From: Welwitschia mirabilis
Lineage: Eukaryota
Assembly (NCBI GenBank): GCA_051453625.1
Contig: JBOZIK010000001.1
Coordinates: 32,001,112-32,065,111 of the forward strand
Reading direction: 5' to 3'
DNA: 64,000 nt
The notes under the pieces were generated by a model. The model was not told where the DNA came from. It did no database searches and saw only the letters and a list, made by a program, of their open reading frames with translations. A program made the translations under genes and the position numbers. This document shows positions 24,971 to 35,857 of this stretch, piece after piece; the first letter of the stretch is position 1; every line of letters begins with the position of its first letter.

Positions 24971-27880
24971 TAAAACATTATTCACACGCTATGCATTAAA
25001 CCTTAGTTTTACTCATACTATGCACTAAATGTTAGTTTTACTTGAAATTGTGCTTTCTTAATTATGAACAGAGTGGAAAAAGAATAAGAATATTTGATTA
25101 TTGTGCTATGCATCTTTCAAGTGGAGAAATAGCTTCTTGAAGTCTGTATTAAGATCTTTGATTTATAGAACTAAGATTATTCTAAAATTTACATAATTAG
25201 TACTTTCTACTAGTGTGTTTAAACATTGTAGAGTTATATAATTTAGATAAAATTTTCTATAAAATCATATGCTCTTGGTAAATGCTAAATGTTGCAAAAC
25301 ATTTTTTGTAAAATTTTCACATGAAAATTTCTATGAAACCCTAATGCTATGGACATAAGGTTTTAGTTTTATTTGAATCTAAACACTGAGATAAAATTTT
25401 CTTCTATTGTGATATGAAGCATGAAGACAAGTTGCAGAAGGTAGCATTAAATCATCTAAAAAAAATTTGTGGTTGGTAGAAAACATGAACTCTATTTGGA
25501 TTTGGTTATAGTAACTAAAGGCAAAAGAGGGGTATTTTGGAAGAAAAGATAAGGGATACTCATTTTGTTTTCACCATATCATCTCTATCTCTTATGGATA
25601 TGTAAAGAACACAAAGGAACATTCTTGCAATAAAGTTAAAACAAAAAGGAAAAGGAAAGGAAAAAGAATGATAAATGATTATAATAATTTAAAAACTGCA
25701 ATAAATCATATAACAACTTTTTCTACGTCTAAAAGGTTTTTATGAATTTTTTAGAAACTCTAAGGGGAATCCTTTATCTTAAAAAGAATTAAGGAATTCT
25801 ATAGATTTATATAATTGTATTATCTAGAAAGGAAAATAGATGCTATTATGTTTTTTTAGTCTTTTGAAGCTGCAATATTTCTTTAAAGAAAAGCAAAAAA
25901 GTTTAAATAAGTGCTTGTGATCTTGACTCAAGAGGTTTTTAAATTATCATTTATAAGCAAACTAGATAATGAATGAGAAACTGCCCAGTGAGATTTAGCT
26001 ATTATAAAACATGAGAGATAAATATACTAAAGAGATGATTTAGTAACCATTAAATTATACTTGTTTTGTACTTATGTCTTACTTGCGTCTTGTTTTGGAG
26101 ACAAGTCCATGTCTATGGCCATTCATGAATAACAACAATTACAAACAATAGTCTATCATTTGTATAAGATAACAAAGTAAAAGACATTAAAATGAAATAA
26201 CTTTAATTATTTTATAGAGAATTTGCAAGTGTTTTTTGTATTTTTTGAAAGCATGGAGAGGCATTTAGATTATCTGGTGAGAGTCTTTTAAGATTTACTA
26301 CATCTAAAATGTTATTAATAAACATGAAACAAGCCTTATTCTAGAAAGTTTCACATGGAGACACTTGGCCTTGTGTATGCGACACTGGTTCTTTGTGTTT
26401 CATCATGTAGCATGAAAGAGGAAGGTCATAAGAAAGGTAGTGACTAGGTAGGGAAAAGATAGAGAAACAGAGGGTGTTNNNNNNNNNNTTAACACCTTAG
26501 AGAGCCAGGGGTAAAACATAGCAAACCAATGGACAAGATAAAACTGATGGTCAAATAGAGGACCCCAAGAAAGGAGATGTACTAGAGTATGACACAGTAG
26601 GTAGAAAATAAGAGGAACACATAGTAAGACAAAGAACAAAGAAAGCACAGTAAGTAGGGTAGAAAATAGAACAAAAGAAAAGCTTATTTACAAAATAGAT
26701 GATGATGAAAATGCCTAAACTAGAGTGGTAATAACAGCTATGACTATAGTTTTTTCATGATTAGATGCTCTATTTCATCTCTATAGGAGTCATGAGGCCT
26801 AAGGCATAAAGTAGACTCCATAGAATTTCTACTTGTAGATGCGTTTGGGATATTTCAAGTATAGAACCAAAGATACTATTGAACGTAAAATGGGCTCCCT
26901 CTAATTGGGCCTGAAAACATTAAAGGGATTTTAGTAGTTAACTAGTCATTAATTGCAAGACTTTCTAGCATCTTTCTCAAACCTAATGTAGTTTTCATTC
27001 TTACTTTTATAAAGTGCTATTTCCAATGTGGGCACCATCCCCCTATTAGTTTCAATTACTCTTGCAAAAATTACAAAATAAATAGACTTGTAATGCCAAT
27101 TTTATCCTTTAACACTGTAGAGTCTATAAATAGAACTAATTCTCTTCCCTAATCTCTTTTATTTCAAAAAATTGTCTTACCAATTAAGAGTGTCAAAGAA
27201 ACATAACTGATGAATGAACGAGAAGATCTCAGATATACCACAAAGAATATTGTATTCTATTAAAGGAAAAGAGATGAAACTTTAAAAGCGATAATCTCTG
27301 TGCTTGCTTCAGTAAGCTCTATTAATGTTTAATTCATTAGTTTGGATTGTGTGGTTACCTCTAGATTAGGTATATTATTTTCTACTTCTTTCATCCTTTA
27401 GAGTGAGTTTTCATAATGTATTTATTGATATGTCTATTGGACTCTATTGGATTGTTATTTACATGATTGTTGAAGTGAATAGATAAGGGCCTATAAGAGG
27501 ACACTCTTTATAACGTTTAGAGTTTATTTCTTACTTAACAAATGTATTATGTTTTAGCTTATTTGAAAAATAGAGGAAACATTTAGTATAATGATATGTT
27601 AAACATAAGTTCACTCTGCTTTAATGGAAGCACCCTTTCTTATTTTATGAATAAAGGATTTAGATCTAGAGTGAACAACTAGATTGTTCACTTCAAGACA
27701 AGCCTCATTTTCTACTATAGTGTTAAACTTGAGATTATTTTATTACAAAGAGCTTACAATTATCTCAATGATTTCAATGATAGGGAGGTGCATGATGTAA
27801 TTATGTTCAGACATGTTCATATTGAATAAAGACTTGCTTGAAGTTTTCTAAATTTATGTCAAAATAAAAAGCTTTATCAG

Positions 27881-28286
27881 GTAATTTTAGCAATAATCAA
27901 GCAAGAAATCCTTGTAAGATGCATTATTTCAAAAATAAATCTTATAACCCTGATTGATATTATCTTTGCATGAAGAGATCCTATATTGCTATTACTAATA
28001 ATTATATGAAGTACATTACTGCAAAACTCTAAAATATTACCTACCATATCAGTGCCCACCATTCTAAAGGAAATAAAGGAAATCATGAGTAAGGGATTTA
28101 AATTAAGTAGCTCTAGTTATTTTTGTGCATCTATCCATATCCAAAACCACATGAAAAAGGTAAAATAAAGCTCACTATGTAACACAAGACTAAAGAAGTT
28201 AATATTGAGGGTGAAAGAGATAAAAGATGTTGAAAAAGAAGAGCATAACATAGAAGATCCTAAATTTCTACAAGAATGGACAAAAG
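27881..28286 (+). pseudogene. Unidentified captured exon (135 codons), probably with upstream exons at ~27200-27312 and ~27665-27787
   Basis: It is bounded by cag| and |gtaag. One frame has 3 stops: VILAIIKQEILVRCIISK...LPTISVPTILKEIKEIMSKGFK...EDPKFLQEWTK. Confidence 0.45.
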
Positions 28287-29195
28287 GTAAGGAGTTAAGG
28301 GTTTAGCGAGACTTATTAGTAAGTCCATTTCTTTCTTTCATGAAAACATAGAAAAATCATAAAAACATCTAATACTAAGTTTTCCTTCTTAATTTTAATC
28401 TTTAATAGTATGCCTTCACTTATTTTTCATGAGAACATATAATGTATAGTTAATCTAAATATTTTCTAGCTCGATTAAATTTGAGTTTATCTAAAAGAAT
28501 ATGCTTTTTAATGTCATGGCTTTTATTGAAATAACAAATAAATGTGCATTTGTATGAATAGTTACCATGATGAGCCCTCAGTATTTAATGTCTACTAAAG
28601 GAAATGATTCTTGAAATCTATATGCTTTGGCCTTAATTATTTTTATTAGAAGAGGTAACTTCAAATTCTGGATGCTAATTCAAAAGGCTAGTTTTGTAGT
28701 GCCTTGATAAGGAGGTATTTTTACACTACCATTTGGTAATAATAAATGCAGCATGCTATTATCAAGCATGTTCATACATCCAACTTTCAATTCCCTCTAT
28801 TTTCTTAAATACAGACATTCTAAACATTGAAACACTACAACTATGTATTCCCCTACTGCATTAGACTTATAGATTATTTCTCTTAAGGAAAGGCAATAAT
28901 GTAGGAAGAAATAATACTTTCTTATCATTTCCAATCTTACCAGGTAGGATTCTCTACATCTCTCCATCTCTTAAGGATTTTGTTTTACTTGTTGATTTAG
29001 AATATATCATAACATTTGATGCTTGAGTTCTACTTTAGAGTAATTCTAAAGTCATTGGATTACTTCTACATGATTTCTTTTTGATGGTCTTAGAGATCAA
29101 GATTTGGAACTATAAATTAATGGGATGTGGGTGACTATGAATTTAATTTTTTTTTTAATTATAATCTTTAGAGAGAATCTTTTTCTATTAAAGAT

Positions 29196-29598
29196 ATGGT
29201 GCTTGCAAGCAAGGACGAGAGAAAAGCATTCTTTGATATTGCAGCATGGATGTTCAATGTTAGTATATCTATTGGAATTATAATGGTTAAAAAAGCCCTA
29301 ATGTCTAGATATATCATTATATTTGCAAGAACCTTAACTAGTTTAAAGTTTTGAAAGGATCACTATTTATTCATTATCTTGCTTGATTGCTGTTGGAATA
29401 AATCTCAGCCAATTTATCTACATTGGGAATTTCATAGCACTCTCTTTTCAAGTTCTTAGTCATATGAAAATCACTTTTTTTCTCATACTAGAATTCATGT
29501 TTCTTAAGCATGAGGGATTAAATTTATAGGTTATTATTGTTATGACATTGGTTATAATTAGAATGGTTTAGTATTGAAATTCATCTTCTAAACTTGGC
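29196..29598 (+). pseudogene. URGT: Captured fragment of a URGT-type (UDP-rhamnose/UDP-galactose) nucleotide-sugar transporter; N-terminus fused to C-terminal helices
   Basis: MVLASKDERKAFFDIAAWMFNVSISIGIIMVKKALM..FARTLTSL matches the family motif [68 protein letters not shown] matches [23 protein letters not shown]..EGLNL. Confidence 0.88.
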
Positions 29599-29859
29599 CA
29601 TCTATAGAAAATACAACATTATGAATGGAAAAATCATGGTTCATTCTATCATGTTGGTATACAAAAAGCTCTAAATGGGCATGTATTGATTTTGATACTT
29701 CAAGGAATATGGATAATAATTATGAAGAGAACAATTTAATACCACTCAAGAAGTATATAGGAGAATTTATTACTTTAAAGTAGAGATTCACTCTTCCATT
29801 GTGGCATTGTCTTGAAACAAGAAAAGGGACTCAAAAATTACCGAGAAAAAGATGATAAT

Positions 29860-30240
29860 TTGGTTTATCATTTTAACCATATGAACTCTTCTTCATCCAA
29901 TGTATCAAGGAACTATTTTTATTTTTGAACTTTTAGTATTTTGATTACATACTTTGTTACTCATTCCCTTTATATGTTGGTTGGTGAGACATAAATGAAA
30001 ATTAGATTTGTAATTAGAATTATGTTTTAATTTTTAAATTTTTACTACCATATTTGGTTGAGAAATCTTGAAAGTATTAGAGGCAAAGGAGGATATCAAA
30101 TTCCATTAGGATTCCTATTTAATATTATCACATGTGTTAATTATACGATAGAGATTTATCAGTGATTAGGTTTTAATATTTTTACATAGATAGTCACTAG
30201 TGATGCTTTTCTAGTGGAAGTAACAATTATAATGACAATG
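29860..30240 (+). pseudogene. CER10: Captured fragment of very-long-chain enoyl-CoA reductase (ECR/CER10, steroid 5-alpha-reductase family), C-terminal half
   Basis: A single 127-codon frame with stops: [63 protein letters not shown]. This matches ECR [31 protein letters not shown]. Confidence 0.92.
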
Positions 30241-31567
30241 AATCCCTTACAAAAGCAAAGGGTCTATCTACACTCTAGTGGTCTTCCAAGTAGAATAGTT
30301 TAACATAGGATTCTTTCATTGGATTTTTCCTTCATGATGCCCTAAAATTCTACTAGTTTAGAGGGTTTACATTTCATTAAATTGGACAAACCTCAAAGTT
30401 TTAAAGGCAATGAGATATTTCATATTCAAAGAATGTGCTTTTTACATCATAAAGTAGTAATCTCTGATATAGCTTCGAGGATATCGTGTCATTTCTATTT
30501 TTTTCTAGCAAGAGTAAGAGTTTATTCTCAGAGAACATAGATGGGATGAATTCATCTAAAAAGAAGCATTTAATATGTTGGTTACCATTCTCAATCAAAT
30601 GCATTACACATATGTTGAGACATAAAAATCATTAATAGACAGAAGCATCAATTTTGATATTTAACCTACACTATAATTACTTTAGTGTAAGTAGGCCTCT
30701 TATTTTTCCATTGTAAATAGTTTTTAGCAAATTGGTACATAGTTTATCTATGATACAAGTACTCATAATTTTGATTCCATGGTAACAAAGATGGTATTAA
30801 ATAATGAATTAAGTACAACCCAATAGGTGTACTAGGATGCTATTAAAAAAAGACAATGAAATTGCAAGAACAGATGCTAAAATAACAACCAGTTAAGGCC
30901 ATTTCATGGTATTAGTCTTCTTATTTTAGATACACACAGTCTTTCATGCTAATTTATAGAGATGAGTCTTATGAACAAGCACCAAGTATTGTGCATATTG
31001 GGCTAAGACATGTTTATCTAAGAGCTTATCCTTTGTCCTTAGCCCAAAGAAGAGGTAGCACTTCTTCATCTTTATAGCTTTCTATGATACATAGATTTCC
31101 AAGTTTTCTAAGTTAATTTATAAGATCCAAGATACAATGTTTGTATTTCTAAAATCATAGAAAAACAAAATCTTCACTTTTTAGGATAAAAAGTATTTAA
31201 TGATATTACTTATGATCCTAAGATTGCAAGTGTAACATGGCCAAATTATAGCTAGAATCCTTTTACAACCTCTATTTTTTTAAGATCCTCTTTAACTTAA
31301 ACCAAAATTATTTATTTGTAGTATAGGTGATATAATCTAATTGAATTTATTTAATGTAAAAATTAAAGACATGGCCTTGTTGGATAGTCATAATATGTTT
31401 TAGCTATGAAAAAATGCACTTAACTAGGTAATATATCTACATGAAAGCAATTTAATTAACTATCCTTTTATTAATTGAATTAAGTAATTGAATCCACTAT
31501 CCTTTTATTAATTGGATTTTTCTATCAGAAGATATATCATTTCACTAGTATGAAATGCTCTCTAGGG

Positions 31568-33412
31568 ATGGTTGAGACAAGTGTAGGTGGTAGTAGTGGC
31601 AATAAGTATTAGGATTATATTTGGCAACTTGTAGAGTTTGAGAAGATCTTGGTCATTGGAAAGCTATTATTTTAAATAGTTTTATGTCAATGAGAATTTG
31701 ATTTTTATTTCTTCTTTTTCATGAACACATAATTTTCTTTCACAAATATTGTATCACTCACACTAAGTAAATTTTTGTAGTTATGCATGGTTATGACTGA
31801 CTTGTTTCTATAGGGACATTTATGGGTTTGCTATTTGTCCTCAACATATACAGTGGTATCATGAGCATGCTAAAATCTATATGATAGATTCTTTTATAAA
31901 AAGTCATATTAACAATTATTTTCATCTTTTCTATTTTAATGAAATCTTCTCTTTTTGCTTAGAAATAAGAGGAGGAAGAATTAGAAAGATGGGAGAATTT
32001 TCTTAAGAATTATGTTTAGTTATGTTCCTTATCTATAAGAGATAAATCTAGTACTAATGACACTATCACTAAAAATGAATTCTTAAAATGGTGAAAAAGA
32101 GTTTGTTACCTTTGTTGAGTTTTTAACTTAAGATATACAATAGGAAAGGGAGAATAATGACCAAAATGAGTTAGATATAAGACCATATTTAGATTCAATA
32201 GAACAATTACTTAGTGCACACATTAATAAACAAAGGATATCCCTAGCCTCTAAAGATGCTAGCAATACAAAGAAAGCTTTTTCAATGGATGAAACAAAGC
32301 ATTCTAAATTGGGCAATCTTATCTCTAAAGAAGACTTTGAAGAAGAATTTTATGATGTGGAGCTATCTCATTCAACTCATAATTCTTCAAACCATAAGAG
32401 CATTTTTAATGATTTTGTTGGAAGTAACCTTAGATCATAAGCTTATTTAGTAGAAGCATCTAACTAAATTTAGGAATTGGAAAGTCTTATTCATGGAGGG
32501 GTTTTTATGTCTCTTAGAAAGGAGGTGTACTATCATTAACATATTAATTAGATGAGGTTATATATGTTTTTTAAGCCTTTCTTTAGTATGAATCCTAGGC
32601 TTATGCAAATGCAGCTATGACAAGAATTTCTTAGAAAAGATAAATAATTACTATAATGACTTGCTTATAAGGAATAAAAATTAAGGATTGGGAGATAGTA
32701 AAGATTATTCCCTTACAGACAAAGAATAAACTAATAGTGTTTCTAATTTAAAGATTTTTAAGAAATGGAAAAGCTATATTGAAAAGGTGAAGTGTAAATT
32801 TGTAGTGCATGTTTCTCACCTTTTTTTACAATTTTTTATGTACATTGATCAAATGTTTTGCATTTGATTTTTAGGCAGGATCTCCCTTAGACATTTCCTA
32901 GTCATCCAACACTAGATAAAAATGGGTAAAATGCCCTGATGTATTTGTTAACTACATATTCATGCCATGATCTAGCTGTTGGACATTGTTAAGTATCATC
33001 AATACTCTTGAATTACATCTAATATTTTCCAAGGTGTCACACAATACATGCTCATAATCCTTGTAACTTTTATGCTTTAATTTTTACTTTTCTTTCTCCA
33101 GTAATGGGAGTCCTATGTTTATAGCTAAAGAAAACAGTGGATGTTGGCCTTACATTACTTTTTCTTGTTATACAAAAGAATAAGACATATTTTAAGTGAT
33201 TGTTTGAATGAACATCATAACAATCTTTTATGCATGTAAAATCTTAGAACAAGAGACATTCATAGAATCATTTTCTAAGTAGTTTAACTTTTAGAAAAGG
33301 AGGATTTTATGATAAATTTTAAAATTTTTATTTTTCTTTCGTCATGCATGCAGGCAATGAGATTTTTCACTAGATTGATTTTGGTATTGATGACAGAGGA
33401 AAATGCATTTTG
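31568..33412 (+). pseudogene. Captured 5' part of a TBC-domain Rab GTPase-activating protein gene with introns (exons ~31568-31651?, 31814-~31882, 31963-32524, 32615-32786, 32879-32992, 33354-33412)
   Basis: Exons translate as DIYGFAICPQHIQWYHEHAKIY; EEEELERWENFL; DIRPYLDSIEQLLS; ELESLIHGGVFMSLRKE; KWKSYIEK; DLP*TFPSHPTLDKNG*NALMYLLTTYSCHDLAVGHC*; AMRFFTRLILVLMTEENAFW. This matches TBC DLPRTFPGHP...VGYCQ-AMNFF...EENAFW. Most boundaries are GT-AG. Confidence 0.93.
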
Positions 33413-33994
33413 GTATGTCATTTGTTTTTTAATTCTTTTTTGTAGAACATTTATAAATAGTATGAGATGTTGCTTTTGAGCTCATACAAGACTATCAAAT
33501 AATTATGCCTCTAATGGGGCTATGGATTTTTCTTCCTTAATTACTTTTAGTTTTTGAAGATCAAAAAATGCAAATAGCAATAAAATATGAGGTAATGATT
33601 TTAAGAAATAAGGGACCATCTCAAAAGAGGTATCTTATTCACAGCCATTTGGTTATGAGTATTTTGTATTCTTATTAATCAAAACCCACTTTAATTAACA
33701 AAGAGATAGTTAAAAGAGAGATTTATGATATGGAAAGTTCTATGTATCTCATTAGATCAACTTTGGAAGAAGAAAGTATGGAAGGATCTCTATTAATTTA
33801 GCTCCAATAATAGATTATATATTTATCTTTCAAAATACTTTCATGTGAGAAGCAAGAACTTAAATACTTGAAAAACATGCATGATATGCATCAGTTACTA
33901 GTAATAATAAAAACCTCAACACTTAAATGTATAAATAATAGTATTATCAAATGAAAAAAGAGTGGCAAATCATGATTATGTATTCTTTATTTTT

Positions 33995-34485
33995 TTCTCC
34001 TTAAGATATACCTTTTAAGGTGTTTATTTGGTAAAATGCCTTAAAAGCTTTTTGAGGCATTTATTTCATAAAACATCTTAAAAGCTCTTAAAAAACCTTT
34101 AAGGAATTTATTACATTAAATGAATAAAAATGTATTTTAGGGTATTTATCTCATAAAANNNNNNNNNNNNNNNNNNNNNNNNNNNNNNNNNNNNNNNNNN
34201 NNNNNNNNNNNNNNNNNNNNNNNNNNNNNNNNNNNNNNNNNNNNNNNNNNNNNNNNNNATTTATTACATTAAATGAATAAAAATGTATTTTAGGGTATTT
34301 ATCTCATAAAATGCCTTAAAATCCATTTTGAGTGGTAAATGCCTTAAAAAGATTTTAATTTACTTGTTGGAAAAATGCCCTAAAAGAATTTTTAAGGAAT
34401 TTTTATTAAAACACCTTAAAAATACCTTATTGGCTTTAAGGTAAGGCTTTTTAAGAAATTTTGTGAATAAATGTCTTAAAGCCTA
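33995..34485. repeat. Right subterminal repeat array of the CACTA-like element (contains an N gap)
   Basis: The same ttaaggcattt/aaatgccttaa motif occurs in both orientations. Confidence 0.88.
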
Positions 34486-34502
34486 TATTACTTATAATGG
34501 TG

Positions 34503-35325
34503 TAGAAATTATTCAATAAAAGGATGGAATATTCTTATTGCAAAAGAAGTACATTAGAGGCTTAATCCAAAAATTTAGACTAGAAGATACAAAATAAGCT
34601 ATAATTTCTTTAGAGAAAATTTCAAGATATCTATTGAAAAAGACTCAGAACCTACAAATGAAATAGAATATACAAGTATAGTAGGAAGTCTAACTTATAT
34701 AACTAACACTAGACTAGACATATCATATGTTATTGATGTGTTGTTAAGATACCTTTATGTGCTTAAGGTTACTTATCTGAATGTTGTAAAAAGAGTATTG
34801 ATATACTAAAGAAGGAAAAAGAGTTAGGTCTCACCTATTTAATAAAAAAAAACTAAAAAAAAAAAAAAAAAACTCTTGATTCATTCTCAAGACATAGTCT
34901 AACTTAGATTTAGCTAGAGAAACTAACACTTCATTATTAAAATTAGGGTAGATCATATTCTTGAAAACATTACCTCTATCTTAGTTATTAAAAGGTCGGA
35001 GAACTATAGTATGATCATTTGCTAAAGTCAAATATATAGCTACTTTTAAAGCATGTAAATAAAATGAATGGTTGAGGAAATTGTTAAAAGTAGTGAATCT
35101 TAAATAGACTAAAAGTAGTGAATCTTAAATAGACTAACTCTTCTGAAAAATCTAGTTCACTATACTAGAATAAAACACTTTCACATTAGGATTCATAAAA
35201 TTAGGGAACTCATACAAAATGAAATTATTATACCATTATACTTTTTGACTATAGAATAAACTGTCAACATCCTTATCAAATTACTTGGTTGAGAGAAGTT
35301 CTACTATTTCTAATCTAAGACTATA
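34503..35325 (+). pseudogene. Copia RT (C-terminal part) and RNase H
   Basis: Motifs include EIIQ*KDGIFLLQKKYI, YTSIVGSLTYITNTRLDISY, TRIKHFHIRIHKIRE and TVNILIKLL (the last corresponds to ADILTKPL). Confidence 0.9.
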
Positions 35326-35689
35326 TTGTTAATGAGTTTAATAAAACTCATTTCTTTTTTGTACTTTATAGGCTTTATTTGACTTGTGAGTCTTTGATTA
35401 AAGATACACCTGATCCTACTACTATAGGATGTGTAATATAAATATGGCTTAGTATTATGAGATGTGTAGTACATATTTTACCCTAGCATTATGAAATGTT
35501 TAATGCACATAATAAGCCCATCTGCTATGATATGTCTAGTAGTAAATTAACTACTTCTTTAATAAAGTAGTTACCTAAGATGGTAACTCCTTTTTAGAGG
35601 TTTTATCATAGGTCACATTCCCAGGATTTTCTCCTAGGAATTTTGGTTTTTCCTTAGAAGAGAATCTATTTACACATTAAGGGAGCAAT

Positions 35690-35857
35690 TGCTAAGGCTT
35701 ATGCACATCGTGGTTCCATGCCTAGGAATGCATAAAAACCCTAGTGGTATGCTTAACTTTATAAAGCAAGCTCTTCTTGCAATAATTAAAGGAGGAAAAT
35801 AAAATTTAGTTTTTGAAAAATCTTGTGTTATAATCTTGGCACTCTTGTTTCTCAATA
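35690..35857 (+). repeat. 3' LTR of copia family 'B'
   Basis: It starts TG right after the PPT and is homologous to the other three LTR copies. Confidence 0.88.

Larger units (their letters stand above)
24667..34502. mobile_element. Non-autonomous CACTA/EnSpm-like DNA transposon carrying host gene fragments (Pack-CACTA)
   Basis: Termini tACTACTATAA and TTATAaTgGTG are degenerate CACTA TIRs. Both ends carry arrays of TTAAGGCATTT/AAATGCCTTAA subterminal repeats. Removing the element restores the copia RT frame (LGV|EII). No Tnp2 motif was seen. Confidence 0.85.
18288..35857 (+). mobile_element. Decayed near-full-length Ty1/copia family 'B' element, interrupted by a CACTA-like insertion
   Basis: 5' LTR 18288-~18455, PBS TAGTATCAGAG 18458-18468, ~2.8-kb leader, domains in gag-PR-INT-RT-RH order, PPT AAGGGAGCAAT 35679-35689, 3' LTR 35690-35857. 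Confidence 0.88.

Noticed and set aside
31853-31865. TGGTATCA PBS-like motif
   Set aside because: It lies inside the TBC exon (Q-W-Y-H codons) with no adjacent LTR.
35086-35137. 25-bp tandem duplication in RNase H
   Set aside because: It is a local slippage or repair scar in a dead element.
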